Source: Eledone cirrhosa
Taxonomy: Eukaryota
DNA: 64,000 nucleotides
NCBI GenBank assembly: GCA_964016885.1
Contig: OZ024740.1
Location: forward strand, 132,618,001 to 132,682,000
Direction: 5' to 3'
Part shown: positions 1-11,467 of the stretch, piece after piece
Position numbering within the stretch: position 1 is the first letter of the stretch
Layout of the letters: every line of letters begins with the position of its first letter
The notes under the pieces: generated by a model
Seen by the model: only the letters and a program-made list of their open reading frames with translations
Told to the model about the DNA's origin: nothing
Databases searched by the model: none
Made by a program: the position numbers and the translations under genes

Positions 1-3000
1 TCCCAGGCATTTCATCGCTTTAAGGGCCATATACCTCAGGTTGGTGCGAACAACGGCTAAAAAAAGTCGTTGGGACACGTAAATAAAGAGAACGTTAGGG
101 TGAACAAACAAAATGGTTTAGGCAACAGAAAGTGAGAAGAAAGAGACAAGTCCCAGATTTCTATGAATATAAACTCGATAAAACCGTGAACTAGAGAATA
201 AAGACCATCAGACCTGGTTGAAATGTGAGCAAGGAAGGAATTTCGCACAGGTCTAACGGGAGGAAGAAGAAGGGGTCTGGTCTGCGAATTCGGTAAACAT
301 AAGTTCTGTGAAGACGCAGACGAGAGAGAGAGAGAAAAAAAAGTTCATACCGGCTTGGCCAAGAGTGCGCGAGAAAGGAAATCGGACAGGTCAAGCGGGA
401 AGAAAGAGGAGAGGAGGAGAGGCAGTGACAGGGTATGAGTGAGTGAAAGTTGAGGAAGAGGCTAACAGAGAGAGAGAGACTGCTAGAAAGGGTAAAGATA
501 CAAAGAACGAAACAGACGGGTGGCAGCAGAGGAAAAAATATGTGTAAATATGATAATAATGGAGCTGCGGCGTTGCAAATGGGATACATATGAAAAAGTG
601 AGTCCTTCATCAGTGACCCTCCAACCGTCCCAGGCATTTCATCGCTTTAAGGGCCATATACCTCAGGTTGGTGCGAACAACGGCTAAAAAAAGTCGTTGG
701 GAAACGTAAATAAAGAGAACGTTAGGGTGAACAAACAAAATGGTTTAGGCAACAGAAAGTGAGAAGAAAGAGACAAGTCCCAGATTTCTATGAATATAAA
801 CTCGATAAAACCGTGAACTAGAGAATAAAGACCATCAGACCTGGTTGAAATGTGAGCAAGGAAGGAATTTCGCACAGGTCTAACGGGGGGGAAGAAGAAG
901 GGGTCTGGTCTGCGAATTCGGTAAACATAAGTCTGTGAAGACGCAGACGAGAGAGAAAGAGAGAAAAAAAATGTCATACCGGCTTGGCCAAGAGTGCGCG
1001 AGAAAGGAAATCGGACAGGTCAAGCGGGAAGAAAGAGGAGAGGAGGAGAGGCAGTGACAGGGTATGAGTGAGTGAAAGTTGAGGAAGAGGCTAACAGAGA
1101 GAGAGAGACTGCTAGAAAGGGTAAAGATACAAAGAACGAAACAGACGGGTGGCAGCAGAGGAAAAAATATGTGTAAATATGATAATAATGGAGCTGCGGC
1201 GTTGCAAATGGGATACATATGAAAAAGTGAGTCCTTCATCAGTGACCCTCCAACCGTCCCAGGCATTTCATCGCTTTAAGGGCCATATACCTCAGGTTGG
1301 TGCGAACAACGGCTAAAAAAAGTCGTTGGGACACGTAAATAAAGAGAACGTTAGGGTGAACAAACAAAATGGTTTAGGCAACAGAAAGTGAGAAGAAAGA
1401 GACAAGTCCCAGATTTCTATGAATATAAACTCGATAAAACCGTGAACTAGAGAATAAAGACCATCAGACCTGGTTGAAATGTGAGCAAGGAAGGAATTTC
1501 GCACAGGTCTAACGGGGGGGAATAAGAAGGGGTCTGGTCTGCGAATTCGGTAAACATAAGTTCTGTGAAGACGCAGACGAGAGAGAGAAAAAAAATTTCA
1601 TACCGGCTTGGCCAAGAGTGCGCGAGAAAGGAAATCGGACAGGTCAAGCGGGAAGAAAGAGGAGAGGAGGAGAGGCAGCGACAGGGTATGAGTGAGTGAA
1701 AGTTGAGGAAGAGGCTAACAGAGAGAGAGAGTCTGCTAGAAAGGGTAAAGATACAAAGAACGAAACAGACGGGTGGCAGCAGAGGAAAAAAATATGTGTA
1801 AATATGATAATAATGGAGCTGCGGCGTTGCAAATGGGATACATATGAAAAAGTGAGTCCTTCATCAGTGACCCTCCAACCGTCCCAGGCATTTCATCGCT
1901 TTAAGGGCCATATACCTCAGGTTGGTGCGAACAACGGCTAAAAAAAGTCGTTGGGACACGTAAATAAAGAGAACGTTAGGGTGAACAAACAAAATGGTTT
2001 AGGCAACAGAAAGTGAGAAGAAAGAGACAAGTCCCAGATTTCTATGAATATAAACTCGATAAAACCGTGAACTAGAGAATAAAGACCATCAGACCTGGTT
2101 GAAATGTGAGCAAGGAAGGAATTTCGCACAGGTCTAACGGGGGGGGGGAGAAGAAGGGGTCTGGTCTGCGAATTCGGTAAACATAAGTTCTGTGAAGACG
2201 CAGACGAGAGAGAGAGAGAAAAAAAAGTTCACACCGGCTTGGCCAAGAGTGCGCGAGAAAGGAAATCGGACAGGTCAAGCGGGAAGAAAGAGGAGAGGAG
2301 GAGAGGCAGTGACAGGGTATGAGTGAGTGAAAGTTGAGGAAGAGGCTAACAGAGAGAGAGAGACTGCTAGAAAGGGTAAAGATACAAAGAACGAAACAGA
2401 CGGGTGGCAGCAGAGGAAAAAATATGTGTAAATATGATAATAATGGAGCTGCGGCGTTGCAAATGGGATACATATGAAAAAGTGAGTCCTTCATCAGTGA
2501 CCCTCCAACCGTCCCAGGCATTTCATCGCTTTAAGTGCCATATACCTCAGGTTGGTGCGAACAACGGCTAAAAAAAGTCGTTGGGAAACGTAAATAAAGA
2601 GAACGTTAGGGTGAACAAACAAAATGGTTTAGGCAACAGAAAGTGAGAAGAAAGAGACAAGTCCCAGATTTCTATGAATATAAACTCGATGAAACCGTGA
2701 ACTAGAGAATAAAGACCATCAGACCTGGTTGAAATGTGAGCAAGGAAGGAATTTCGCACAGGTCTAACGGGGGGGGGGGGAGAAGAAGGGGTCTGGTCTG
2801 CGAATTCGGTAAACATAAGTTCTGTGAAGACGCAGACGAGAGAGAGAAAAAAAAGTTCATACCGGCTTGGCCAAGAGTGCGCGAGAAAGGAAATCGGACA
2901 GGTCATGCGGGAAGAAAGAGGAGAGGAGGAGAGGCAGTGACAGGGTATGAGTGAGTAAAAGTTGAGGAAGAGGCTAACAGAGAGAGAGAGACTGCTAGAA

Positions 3001-4326
3001 AGGGTAAAGATACAAAGAACGAAACAGACGGGTGGCAGCAGAGGAAAAAATATGTGTAAATATGATAATAATGGAGCTGCGGCGTTGCAAATGGGATACA
3101 TATGAAAAAGTGAGTCCTTCATCAGTGACCCTCCAACCGTCCCAGGCATTTCATCGCTTTAAGGGCCATATACCTCAGGTTGGTGCGAACAACGGCTAAA
3201 AAAAGTCGTTGGGAAACGTAAATAAAGAGAACGTTAGGGTGAACAAACAAAATGGTTTAGGCAACAGAAAGTGAGAAGAAAGAGACAAGTCCCAGATTTC
3301 TATGAATATAAACTCGATAAAACCGTGAACTAGAGAATAAAGACCATCAGACCTGGTTGAAATGTGAGCAAGGAAGGAATTTCGCACAGGTCTAACGGGG
3401 GGGGGGGGAGAAGAAGGGGTCTGGTCTGCGAATTCGGTAAACATAAGTTCTGTGAAGACGCAGACGAGAGAGAGAGAGAAAAAAAATTTCATACCGGCCT
3501 GGCCAAGAGTGCGCGAGAAAGGAAATCGGACAGGTCAAGCGGGAAGAAAGAGGAGAGGAGGAGAGGCAGTGACAGGGTATGAGTGAGTGAAAGTTGAGGA
3601 AGAGGCTAACAGAGAGAGAGAGAGACTGCTAGAAAGGGTAAAGATACAAAGAACGAAACAGACGGGTGGCAGCAGAGGAAAAAATATGTGTAAATATGAT
3701 AATAATGGAGCTGCGGCGTTGCAAATGGGATACATATGAAAAAGTGAGTCCTTCATCAGTGACCCTCCAACCGTCCCAGGCATTTCATCGCTTTAAGGGC
3801 CATATACCTCACGTTGGTGCGAACAACGGCTAAAAAAAGTCGTTGGGACACGTAAATAAAGCGAACGTTAGGGTGAACAAACAAAATGGTTTAGGCAACA
3901 GAAAGTGAGAAGAAAGAGACAAGTCCCAGATTTCTATGAATATAAACTCGATAAAACCGTGAACTAGAGAATAAAGACCATCAGACCTGGTTGAAATGTG
4001 AGCAAGGAAGGAATTTCGCACAGGTCTAACGGGGGGGGGGGGGAAGAAGGGGTCTGGTCTGCGAATTCGGTAAACATAAGTTCTGTGAAGACGCAGACGA
4101 GAGAGAGAGAGAGAAAAAAAAGTTCATACCGGCTTGGCCAAGAGTGCGCCAGAAAGGAAATCGGACAGGTCAAGCGGGAAGAAAGAGGAGAGGAGGAGAG
4201 GCAGTGACAGGGTATGAGTGAGTGAAGGTTGAGGAAGAGGCTAACAGAGAGAGAGAGACTGCTAGAAAGGGTAAAGATACAAAGAACGAAACAGACGGGT
4301 GGCAGCAGAGGAAAAAATATGTGTAA
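1..4326 (-). repeat. Tandem array (about 7 units, 625-634 bp) of a non-coding structured element, subfamily A; runs off the window start
   Basis: TCCCAGGCAT recurs at 1, 628, 1257, 1882, 2512, 3140 and 3774. Units are nearly identical and differ mostly in G/GA/A run lengths. Strand is assigned from the CTGATGA core on the minus strand. Confidence 0.97.
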
Positions 4327-5595
4327 GTATCCCATTTGCAACGCCGCAGCTTTTTTAGCCGTTGTTCGCACCAACCTGAGGTATATGGCCCTTAAAGCGA
4401 TGAAATGCCTTGGACTGTTGGAGGGTCACTGATGAAGGACTCACTTTTTCATATGTATCCCATTTGCAACGCCGCAGCTCCATTATTATCATATTTACAC
4501 ATATTTTTTCCTCTGCTGCCACCCTTCTGTTTTGTTCTTTGTATCTTTACCCTTTCTAGCAGTCTCTCTCTCTCTGTTAGCCTCTTCCTCAACTTTCACT
4601 CACTCATACCCAGTCACTGCCTCTCCTCCTCTCCTCTTTCTTCCCGCTTGACCTGTCCGATTTCCTTTCTCGCGCACTCTTGGCCAAGCCGGTATGAAAT
4701 TTTTTTTCTCTCTCCCTCTCGTCTGCGTCTTCACAGAACTTATGTTTACCGAATTCGCAGACCAGACCCCTTCTTCTTCCCCCCCGTTAGACATGTGCGA
4801 AATTCCTTCCTTGCTCACATTTCAACAAGGTCTGATGGTCTTTATTCTCTAGTTCACGGTTTTATCGAGTTTATATTCATAGAAATCTGGGACTTGTCTC
4901 TTTCTTCTCACTTTCTGTTGCCTAAACCATTTTGTTTGTTCACCCTAACGTTCTCTTTATTTACGTGTCCCAACGACTTTTTTTAGCCGTTGTTCGCACC
5001 AACCTGAGGTATATGGCCCTTAAAGCGATGAAATGCCTGGGACGGTTGGAGGGTCACTGATGAAGGACTCACTTTTTCATATGTATCCCATTTGCAACGC
5101 CGCAGCTCCATTATTATCATATTTACACATATTTTTTCCTCTGCTGCCACCCGTCTGTTTCGTTCTTTGTATCTTTACCCTTTCTAGCAGTATCTCTCTC
5201 TCTGTTAGCCTCTTCCTCAACTTTCACTCACTCATACTCTGTCACTGCCTCTCCTCCTCTCCTCCTTCTTCCCGCTTGACCTGTCCGATTTCCTTTCTCG
5301 CGCACTCTTGGCCAAGCCGGTATGAAATTTTTTTTCTCTCTCTCTCTCTCGTCTGCGTCTTCACATAACTTATGTTTACCGAATTCGCAGACCAGACCCC
5401 TTCTTCTTCCCTCCCGTTAGACCTGTGCGAAATTCCTTCCTTGCTCACATTTCAACCAGGTCTGATGGTCTTTATTCTCTAGTTCACGGTTTTATCGAGT
5501 TTATATTCATAGAAATCTGGGACGGTTGGAGGGTCACTGATGAAGGACTCACTTTTTCATATGTATCCCATTTGCAACGCCGCAGCTCCATTATT

Positions 5596-5597
<2 letters not shown>
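4327..5597 (+). repeat. Inverted continuation (about 2 units, rearranged) of the subfamily A array, ending in (TA)n
   Basis: Reverse complement of the 628-bp unit, with junctions at about 4326, 4351 and 5520. Confidence 0.95.
5007..5063 (+). ncRNA. Candidate permuted hammerhead ribozyme (representative copy; also 4379-4435 +, and minus-strand copies at about 607-663, 1236-1292, 1861-1917, 2491-2547, 3119-3175, 3753-3809)
   Basis: AGGTA-T-A|TGGCCCT-taaagcgat-GAA-A-TGCCT...AGGGTCA-CTGATGA. Stems III (6 bp) and I (7 bp) are in exact register with the core; stem II is only about 1 bp. Confidence 0.55.
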
Positions 5598-5655
<58 letters not shown>

Positions 5656-5740
5656 TATGTAGGAATTCATACTTATAATGAATAATGTTAATAAGATAAT
5701 AATTATATATATATATATATATATAATGGTTTCTTATATA

Positions 5741-5945
5741 GTCACAAAGCCTGCAACTTTGGGGGTAGGGGAAAGTCATTAAAATCGCCCCCAGTGCGTG
5801 ACTGGTACTTTATTTTATTGACCCGTAAGGACGAAAGGCAAAGTTATCCTCGGCGGGATTTGAAATCAGATCATAAAGGACCGTAACTCTGTGCTGCAAA
5901 GTATGGCGTCCCTCCCTCTACCAATACCGCCAATCCACCGCCCCT
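5741..5945 (-). mobile_element. tRNA-derived SINE (octopod-type)
   Basis: A-box/B-box-like head plus the conserved GCCTTTCATCCTTACGGGGTCGATAAAATAAAGTACCAGT-like core shared with many copies in the window. Confidence 0.85.
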
Positions 5946-5996
5946 AATTTATATGTATATAATGATATATATATATATGTATATGCATATATATAC

Positions 5997-6082
<86 letters not shown>

Positions 6083-6092
6083 TATGTATATG

Positions 6093-6160
<68 letters not shown>

Positions 6161-6252
6161 ACGGAGGAAATGTGGTAAGGAAACAGGTGGACCATAACGC
6201 ACCAAAGTAATCGATACTTAGCGTAGTAGAGTGGGCAATAGGAACGAGTAGG

Positions 6253-6348
6253 ACACCGAGGGCTGAGCTCAAGCCGTTTCGACGGCTAATTCTGGACTAA
6301 ATGAAAATGTTTATCCTGGTATTTGAATAGCCGAGCTTCTCAAGGGGT
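6253..6348 (-). ncRNA. Decayed type I hammerhead in the PLE pLTR (long loop II)
   Basis: ACCCC-ttgagaa-...CGGCTA..TAGCCG-TC-GAAAC-GGCT-tgagctc-AGCC-cTC-GGtGT. The related copy at about 14800 retains GCC-GTC-GGGGT. Confidence 0.6.
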
Positions 6349-7477
6349 AATTCCATATATGGTAAAAGTGATTGTCACAAGGATTGGTCAAAAGTTTGTT
6401 GTTGTGACATAATAATTCTCTCATGGCAATTTGTGAAGGGAAGGGGTAGCTGAACCTGCCAGTAGGAAAAAGAGGGAGAGGGGTGGAGGAGACCCAGTCA
6501 TGCGTTGATAGTGCTGACTACAGCTGGGCATGAGGTCAAAGAAGATACTAAGGAGGCGGAGGGGAGGAAGTCGAAACAATAAGTAAAACAATATGGGGTA
6601 AATATATAGAAAAATACCGAGAGTGTTAAAAAGCAATTAAATGTAAAAAAAAAATAAACAATTTCTGGTTACTACGACCTAAGGACAGCTATCAAGTCTC
6701 TCACTGGTACTGCTAGGCTAAAGAAAGGTTTACTAGGTGGGACGGAATTATAATGAGACCCTTTTAAGAGGTATAAGTAATAAACCGAGTGTATCTTACG
6801 GTGACGGGTCAACAAGTGAGGGGCCAAAATACTAAAGAAACTACCACGAAATAATAAATAAAGGTTTCTACCCCAAGCACAAGGACAGCAACCACCCAGT
6901 GCAAAAATATAAACTAATACGAAATAATAATTCAGAATCCCGAAAAAGAATACTAATACTATCTCTAAGGGTGCCTCCACGATGCATAAATTCTAGTGCA
7001 AACTACATAAATGCTCGTACGAAGTATATGTAAAGTTTGATACGGAAAATTAATTCAGAATCCCTCCATACACCCCCCACCCCCACCAAAAAATAAATAA
7101 ATAAATACTGATATACGAGAAATTAAAGCAAAGATACCACTAAGAAATATAGAAAGCACGGAAAAAGGGCAGCGATCGGATAAGAAGGCAAGTATCCGGG
7201 GTCTAACACATCTGCTATAAAAAGCGGAGTCGGCCAAATCTATCATAGAATAGGGGAAGGGGTGGGGGTACTGAGGATACAAAGGACCGAGGCGCTGCTT
7301 CGGGTGGGCGAGAAAATGAAAAGGACAACGACAAAGAAAGAGGACTGGGGTGGAAGGACTAGGGAGGGATGGGGGGAAGAAGGAAATATAGAGGAAGCGA
7401 TAAAAAGATATAAAAGAAGATCTTACGTATACCTTTGCAAGCAGGGGTTACCCATTACAAAATCGGCAAGTGGGGTG

Positions 7478-8810
7478 TTATAGCCCTAGTCTACCCCCCG
7501 GGTCATTATGGGGTTTGAGGGCGAGGTAAGTCCTACGCAATCTGTGTTTACATACAGTAACCAGTTCATCATTCTTGTTTAGGAGTTGGTCCGTCGAAAA
7601 CAGCATTTGTAAAGTTTCCTCCGAGCATAAATTGCACGGACGGCGTCCTCTCGTGTAAGAGTTGGCTCTGTACAGTAAGCTCCAAGTGAGATCATAGGTA
7701 ATGTTGTTATCCTTGAGGTCCCATGTGGCCCAAAAGTGTAGTGGCGTGACGCCGGGCCAGGTTTCGGAAGGTATGTCTGTGTTGGTATAGCCGGGTCTTG
7801 AAGTCACATGCAGTTAATCCTATATAAGCTTTGTTGGAGGTGTCCGTCCTGACGTTGCACTGGTAGATCACATTACGATCTCTACATCTGTTGTTGAGGG
7901 GGCAAATGGATCCACCAGAACAGTTGCACCTCCTGGTCGGCTCTCCACTGCTATTTAGGTTATTTCTTCCATAAGGGTTGAGTTTTTGTTGTTAGAGGAG
8001 ACGATGTTTTGTGCAAGGTTTGGTGTGGTGCTGTAAGAGAGTTTAATGGTATTTTTGTTAATTATGTTGTGGTAGCGGTGTTGTAGTGGGAAGTGTTTTT
8101 CAATGAGCCTAAATAAGATTTTCCCGATAGGAGTTGTCACCTCGGCGTTGTGGGGAGGATTGAACCATGTTACATTGCGTGAGCGGCGGTTTCGCCTGCT
8201 GGTTCTGCTAATGGAAGCTCGACAGAGGGATATTTCCTCCCGGAAAACACTCCGCTTGAGGGCATGGTTGTAATAAGGCGCATGTTCTTCGAATATCTGT
8301 TCATTAGCTGACATACGGGATATGCGGAGGGAGATGTTTTTAACCAGGTTATTGGTGATGTTCCTAGGATGGTTTGACCGGCGGTGGATGTAGTGCAGGT
8401 TGTCGTTAGGTTTCCTGTATGGGTAGTACAGATCATTATCGAGGTCAAGGGTAACGTCCAGGAAGTTTACTCGGGTCAGGGACGTTTATAGTGTTATTTT
8501 AAATCCCCAGTCGCGGAAGAAGCTGATTAATTGTTTACGGACCCGATCTGTACTACTGGGGTTGTACCCTTTAAGGGTAAGGAGCCCATCATCTCGGTAC
8601 AATCCACCGCCGAATGCAGGAAACATATCGGTGAGTTTGGTTTAGGAATAATCCTATAAGATCTGTGACCTCAGCCGAATCCGTCGCGTCCATGCTGACG
8701 TCGAAGGGTGAGTCGGGAGCTCTCTTTATCCATTTGGAGTTGTCGAAGAGTAAGACTGTCTTCCTGGCGTGGAGGATGATGTTTCTTTCCTGGTCGGTGA
8801 TGGAACTACC
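7478..8810 (-). pseudogene. Frameshifted PLE RT/GIY-YIG ORF
   Basis: ORF pieces 8589-8825, 7955-8314 and 7478-7807, plus manual translation of 7800-7960. Confidence 0.85.
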
Positions 8811-10340
8811 CCCCCCCCCCCACATACATACACACTTGTCACTCGCCCCTTCAAATATACTATAATTATATTCAATTCCCTTTTACGCTCCTTTCTATTG
8901 TATAATACAGTATGTTGATTATGATTTTATGCTCCTTCATATACTCATACATTTCTTTTTTCTGTCCCCATTGGCCTACCATAACTCTATTTGATGTCTG
9001 TTTTATTAGATAACGTTATTCAACTGATAGTTGAATATTTCATTTTTTCCAGATATATTTTTATATTTTTATAGTGATATTTTTAATTTCGGGGATTTTG
9101 ATTACTTAAACCATAGCTAATTTTGTATGGACTTATTATGTATTTTAAGTACTTTCAATATTAATTAATTTAATAGGGTTTTCTAGTCATTTATCCGGGT
9201 TTGTTTCCAAAAAAATATTTTAGTGAACTGTATGCGACACCTAAGTAAATACTTTTGCTTTTGTTTTTCGATTTCCGGTTGATTTTATTTATTTATTTAT
9301 ACATACTACCGTGTGTAGTCTTTCCGTCTGGCTCTTATCCACTTACTCACAAATGTCTCTCCACCACCATGTAATTATGTATATTATACTATGTTCAATA
9401 TTTTATATTGAAGTTGTATATCATTCCACCATTTGTAAATGTACTATTGATCCTTATTATTTACCGATTATTGAATGTACCATTATATTATGTTAAATTC
9501 CGTAAATCCTGTAATATGTTTATATTTTTATAATTTTTGTAACGGTTGGTTAATATTTATTTACACCAACTGTATAGAAATTTGATCCCCATCTATTTTC
9601 TTGTAATGGTGTTGATATTTTTCCAACATAATTTTTCCAATATAATTTAGTACTGTAAAATGTTTTTTTCTCCCCCTGTCTGTAACTCTATATGATTTGT
9701 TAAGTTATATGCCACTATATTATAATATTCTTATATTGTAACATTTATATTGTTTGTGCAAATTAACCGGAGATTATCTATTATATTATTATATAATTAT
9801 ATAGTTTATTATTATATATTTGTATGCTTACTTTTAATCATTTATTCTTCATTTTATACTGTAAATAATAGATGTATTATATTTTTATTTTTATTTTTTA
9901 TTTTTATTTCTATTTGTATTATTATTATTTTTATTTTTATTTGTTATTATTATTCTTATTTATATTTAAACTCTTAATAAGGGTTAGTTTGTGCTTCTAC
10001 TGATGGAAATGCGTATTGATATATATGTATATGCGTGTATATGTATATATATGTGTATATTGGGCCTTTTAACATTATTATTATTATCATTAGCAATTAT
10101 ATTATATTATATTATATTATATATAGTACAATAATACCCGCTATATATCACCACCTCTGTTTTAGCTCTAGTTTTTACATTGGACTATATTTGTAATATG
10201 GTTTAAAATGTTACTTACTTCCTTAGCAATTTTTACTTGATCATTTTTTATTTTTTATTTTCCCAAGCTTTAATCTATGTACACTCCATATACTTCTGAG
10301 TTTTCGGCTTGTATTGGCTGATAGTGCTTCTTATAGATTT

Positions 10341-10386
10341 AATTGCCCTGATGAGTCCTTAATAGGACGAAACATTGTTGGCTAAT
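10341..10386 (+). ncRNA. Minimal type I hammerhead ribozyme (PLE-type)
   Basis: gcc-CTGATGA-GTCCT-taat-AGGAC-GAAAC-att-GTT-ggc, followed by AATAAA and then (TA)n. Confidence 0.85.
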
Positions 10387-10619
10387 AAAGACTTTTGATG
10401 TATTGAAGCCTTCTTTGGTTTATTTTCATAATTATATATATATATATATATATTAATTCAAAATATTAACAAATATAGACATTCATGTGATCAAGTATAT
10501 TTTATTATACATATTTCAGATGTACTGAGCTATTTTCAACAATACGCCCTCATTAGATAAAATAAGTTGATTCTTTACATACCTTGACTATGTTGATGGT
10601 TACAATTCAGTCATACCAG

Positions 10620-10665
<46 letters not shown>

Positions 10666-11283
10666 CAATGTCAGGATCGAAATATATGTAATATGTAATT
10701 AAATATGTATATGATGCAATACTGATTCTTTGTTCCCATTTACGGGTCGATATAATACTTCTCGCGAGCCACATATGATCCCTCAAAGACTCGGGTGTAG
10801 ACTACTCCATTCAGTGGAAGCTATCACTAAGTCCATATGCAAGTGCTAATCCGTCTTCTGGACTGTGTATTGAAGAAAAGATCAATATTTTAAGGAGATT
10901 AGGCAATACCGTTGCCTAAATTCAAGAAATCAAATTTTCTCACGTTCTGCAAACGTCTGGGAGCATCTCTTGCATAACTACAAAGCTCCGGATTGAATAA
11001 CATCAACATTCTAATATTCTAATCAACTCAAACAGTTTATTCTAAACATTCGCAGTTATCTCCCTTACACCTTTCGACCGTGAATGTTATCGCTTGGGAC
11101 AAGTGACCGATTCTGCGCATGCGCATTCATACGGTTGATCTCTCCTTTCCCTGTTTCGTATAACCATTATCGGTCTGATTTAAAGATCCGCAAGGTGAAA
11201 CAATTGTTCTCGGTATGGTGAACTAACTGTTGTGTTACTACTTCTACCAAACTCGTCCCAGATGATACCCTCCAGTATTCTAC

Positions 11284-11365
<82 letters not shown>

Positions 11366-11407
11366 ATAATATTAATAAATGGAAACTATTTTTATAAAAC
11401 CATATTT

Positions 11408-11467
11408 ATTTTATTATATATATTTCAATGGTACCTACATTTAGGGTACGCTCTCCTCAGATAAAAT
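11408..11467 (-). ncRNA. Minimal type I hammerhead ribozyme inside a fold-back insertion
   Basis: ATTTTAT-CTGAGGA-gagcGTACC..GGTACcatt-GAAA-tatata-TA-ATAAAAT: 7-bp stem I and palindromic loop III. Confidence 0.65.

Larger units (their letters stand above)
6160..8810 (-). mobile_element. 5'-truncated Penelope-like retroelement, Naiad-type (RT + Zn finger + GIY-YIG endonuclease), with 3' UTR/pLTR
   Basis: Minus-strand translation across frameshifts gives GGLYRDDGL (RT catalytic), VNFLDVTLDL, WFNPP...KHFP, CNCSGGSICPLNNRC, VIYQ...AYIGLT...FKTR (GIY-YIG) and CNLC...LLNK...CKH. Confidence 0.88.

Noticed and set aside
5014-5063. Twister, pistol, SECIS or box C/D snoRNA reading of the conserved motif
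   Set aside because: Superficial words (CCCT..AAGCG, GAGGG, TGATGA) are present, but the required UAA/T2, P3, apical AA or terminal box arrangement is missing; the hammerhead register fits better.
1-5597. CRISPR array, or 5S/snRNA gene cluster
   Set aside because: Whole units repeat with no unique spacers; no match to the 5S, U1-U6, U11/U12 or 7SL sequences I recall beyond a few bases.
57-5685. Repeated 63-193-aa ORFs in the tandem array
   Set aside because: Frames shift between units with homopolymer length, are not preserved in subfamily B and show no domain.
7800-7960. Selenocysteine recoding as reported for some Naiad PLEs
   Set aside because: The Zn-finger cysteines here are ordinary TGC/TGT codons.
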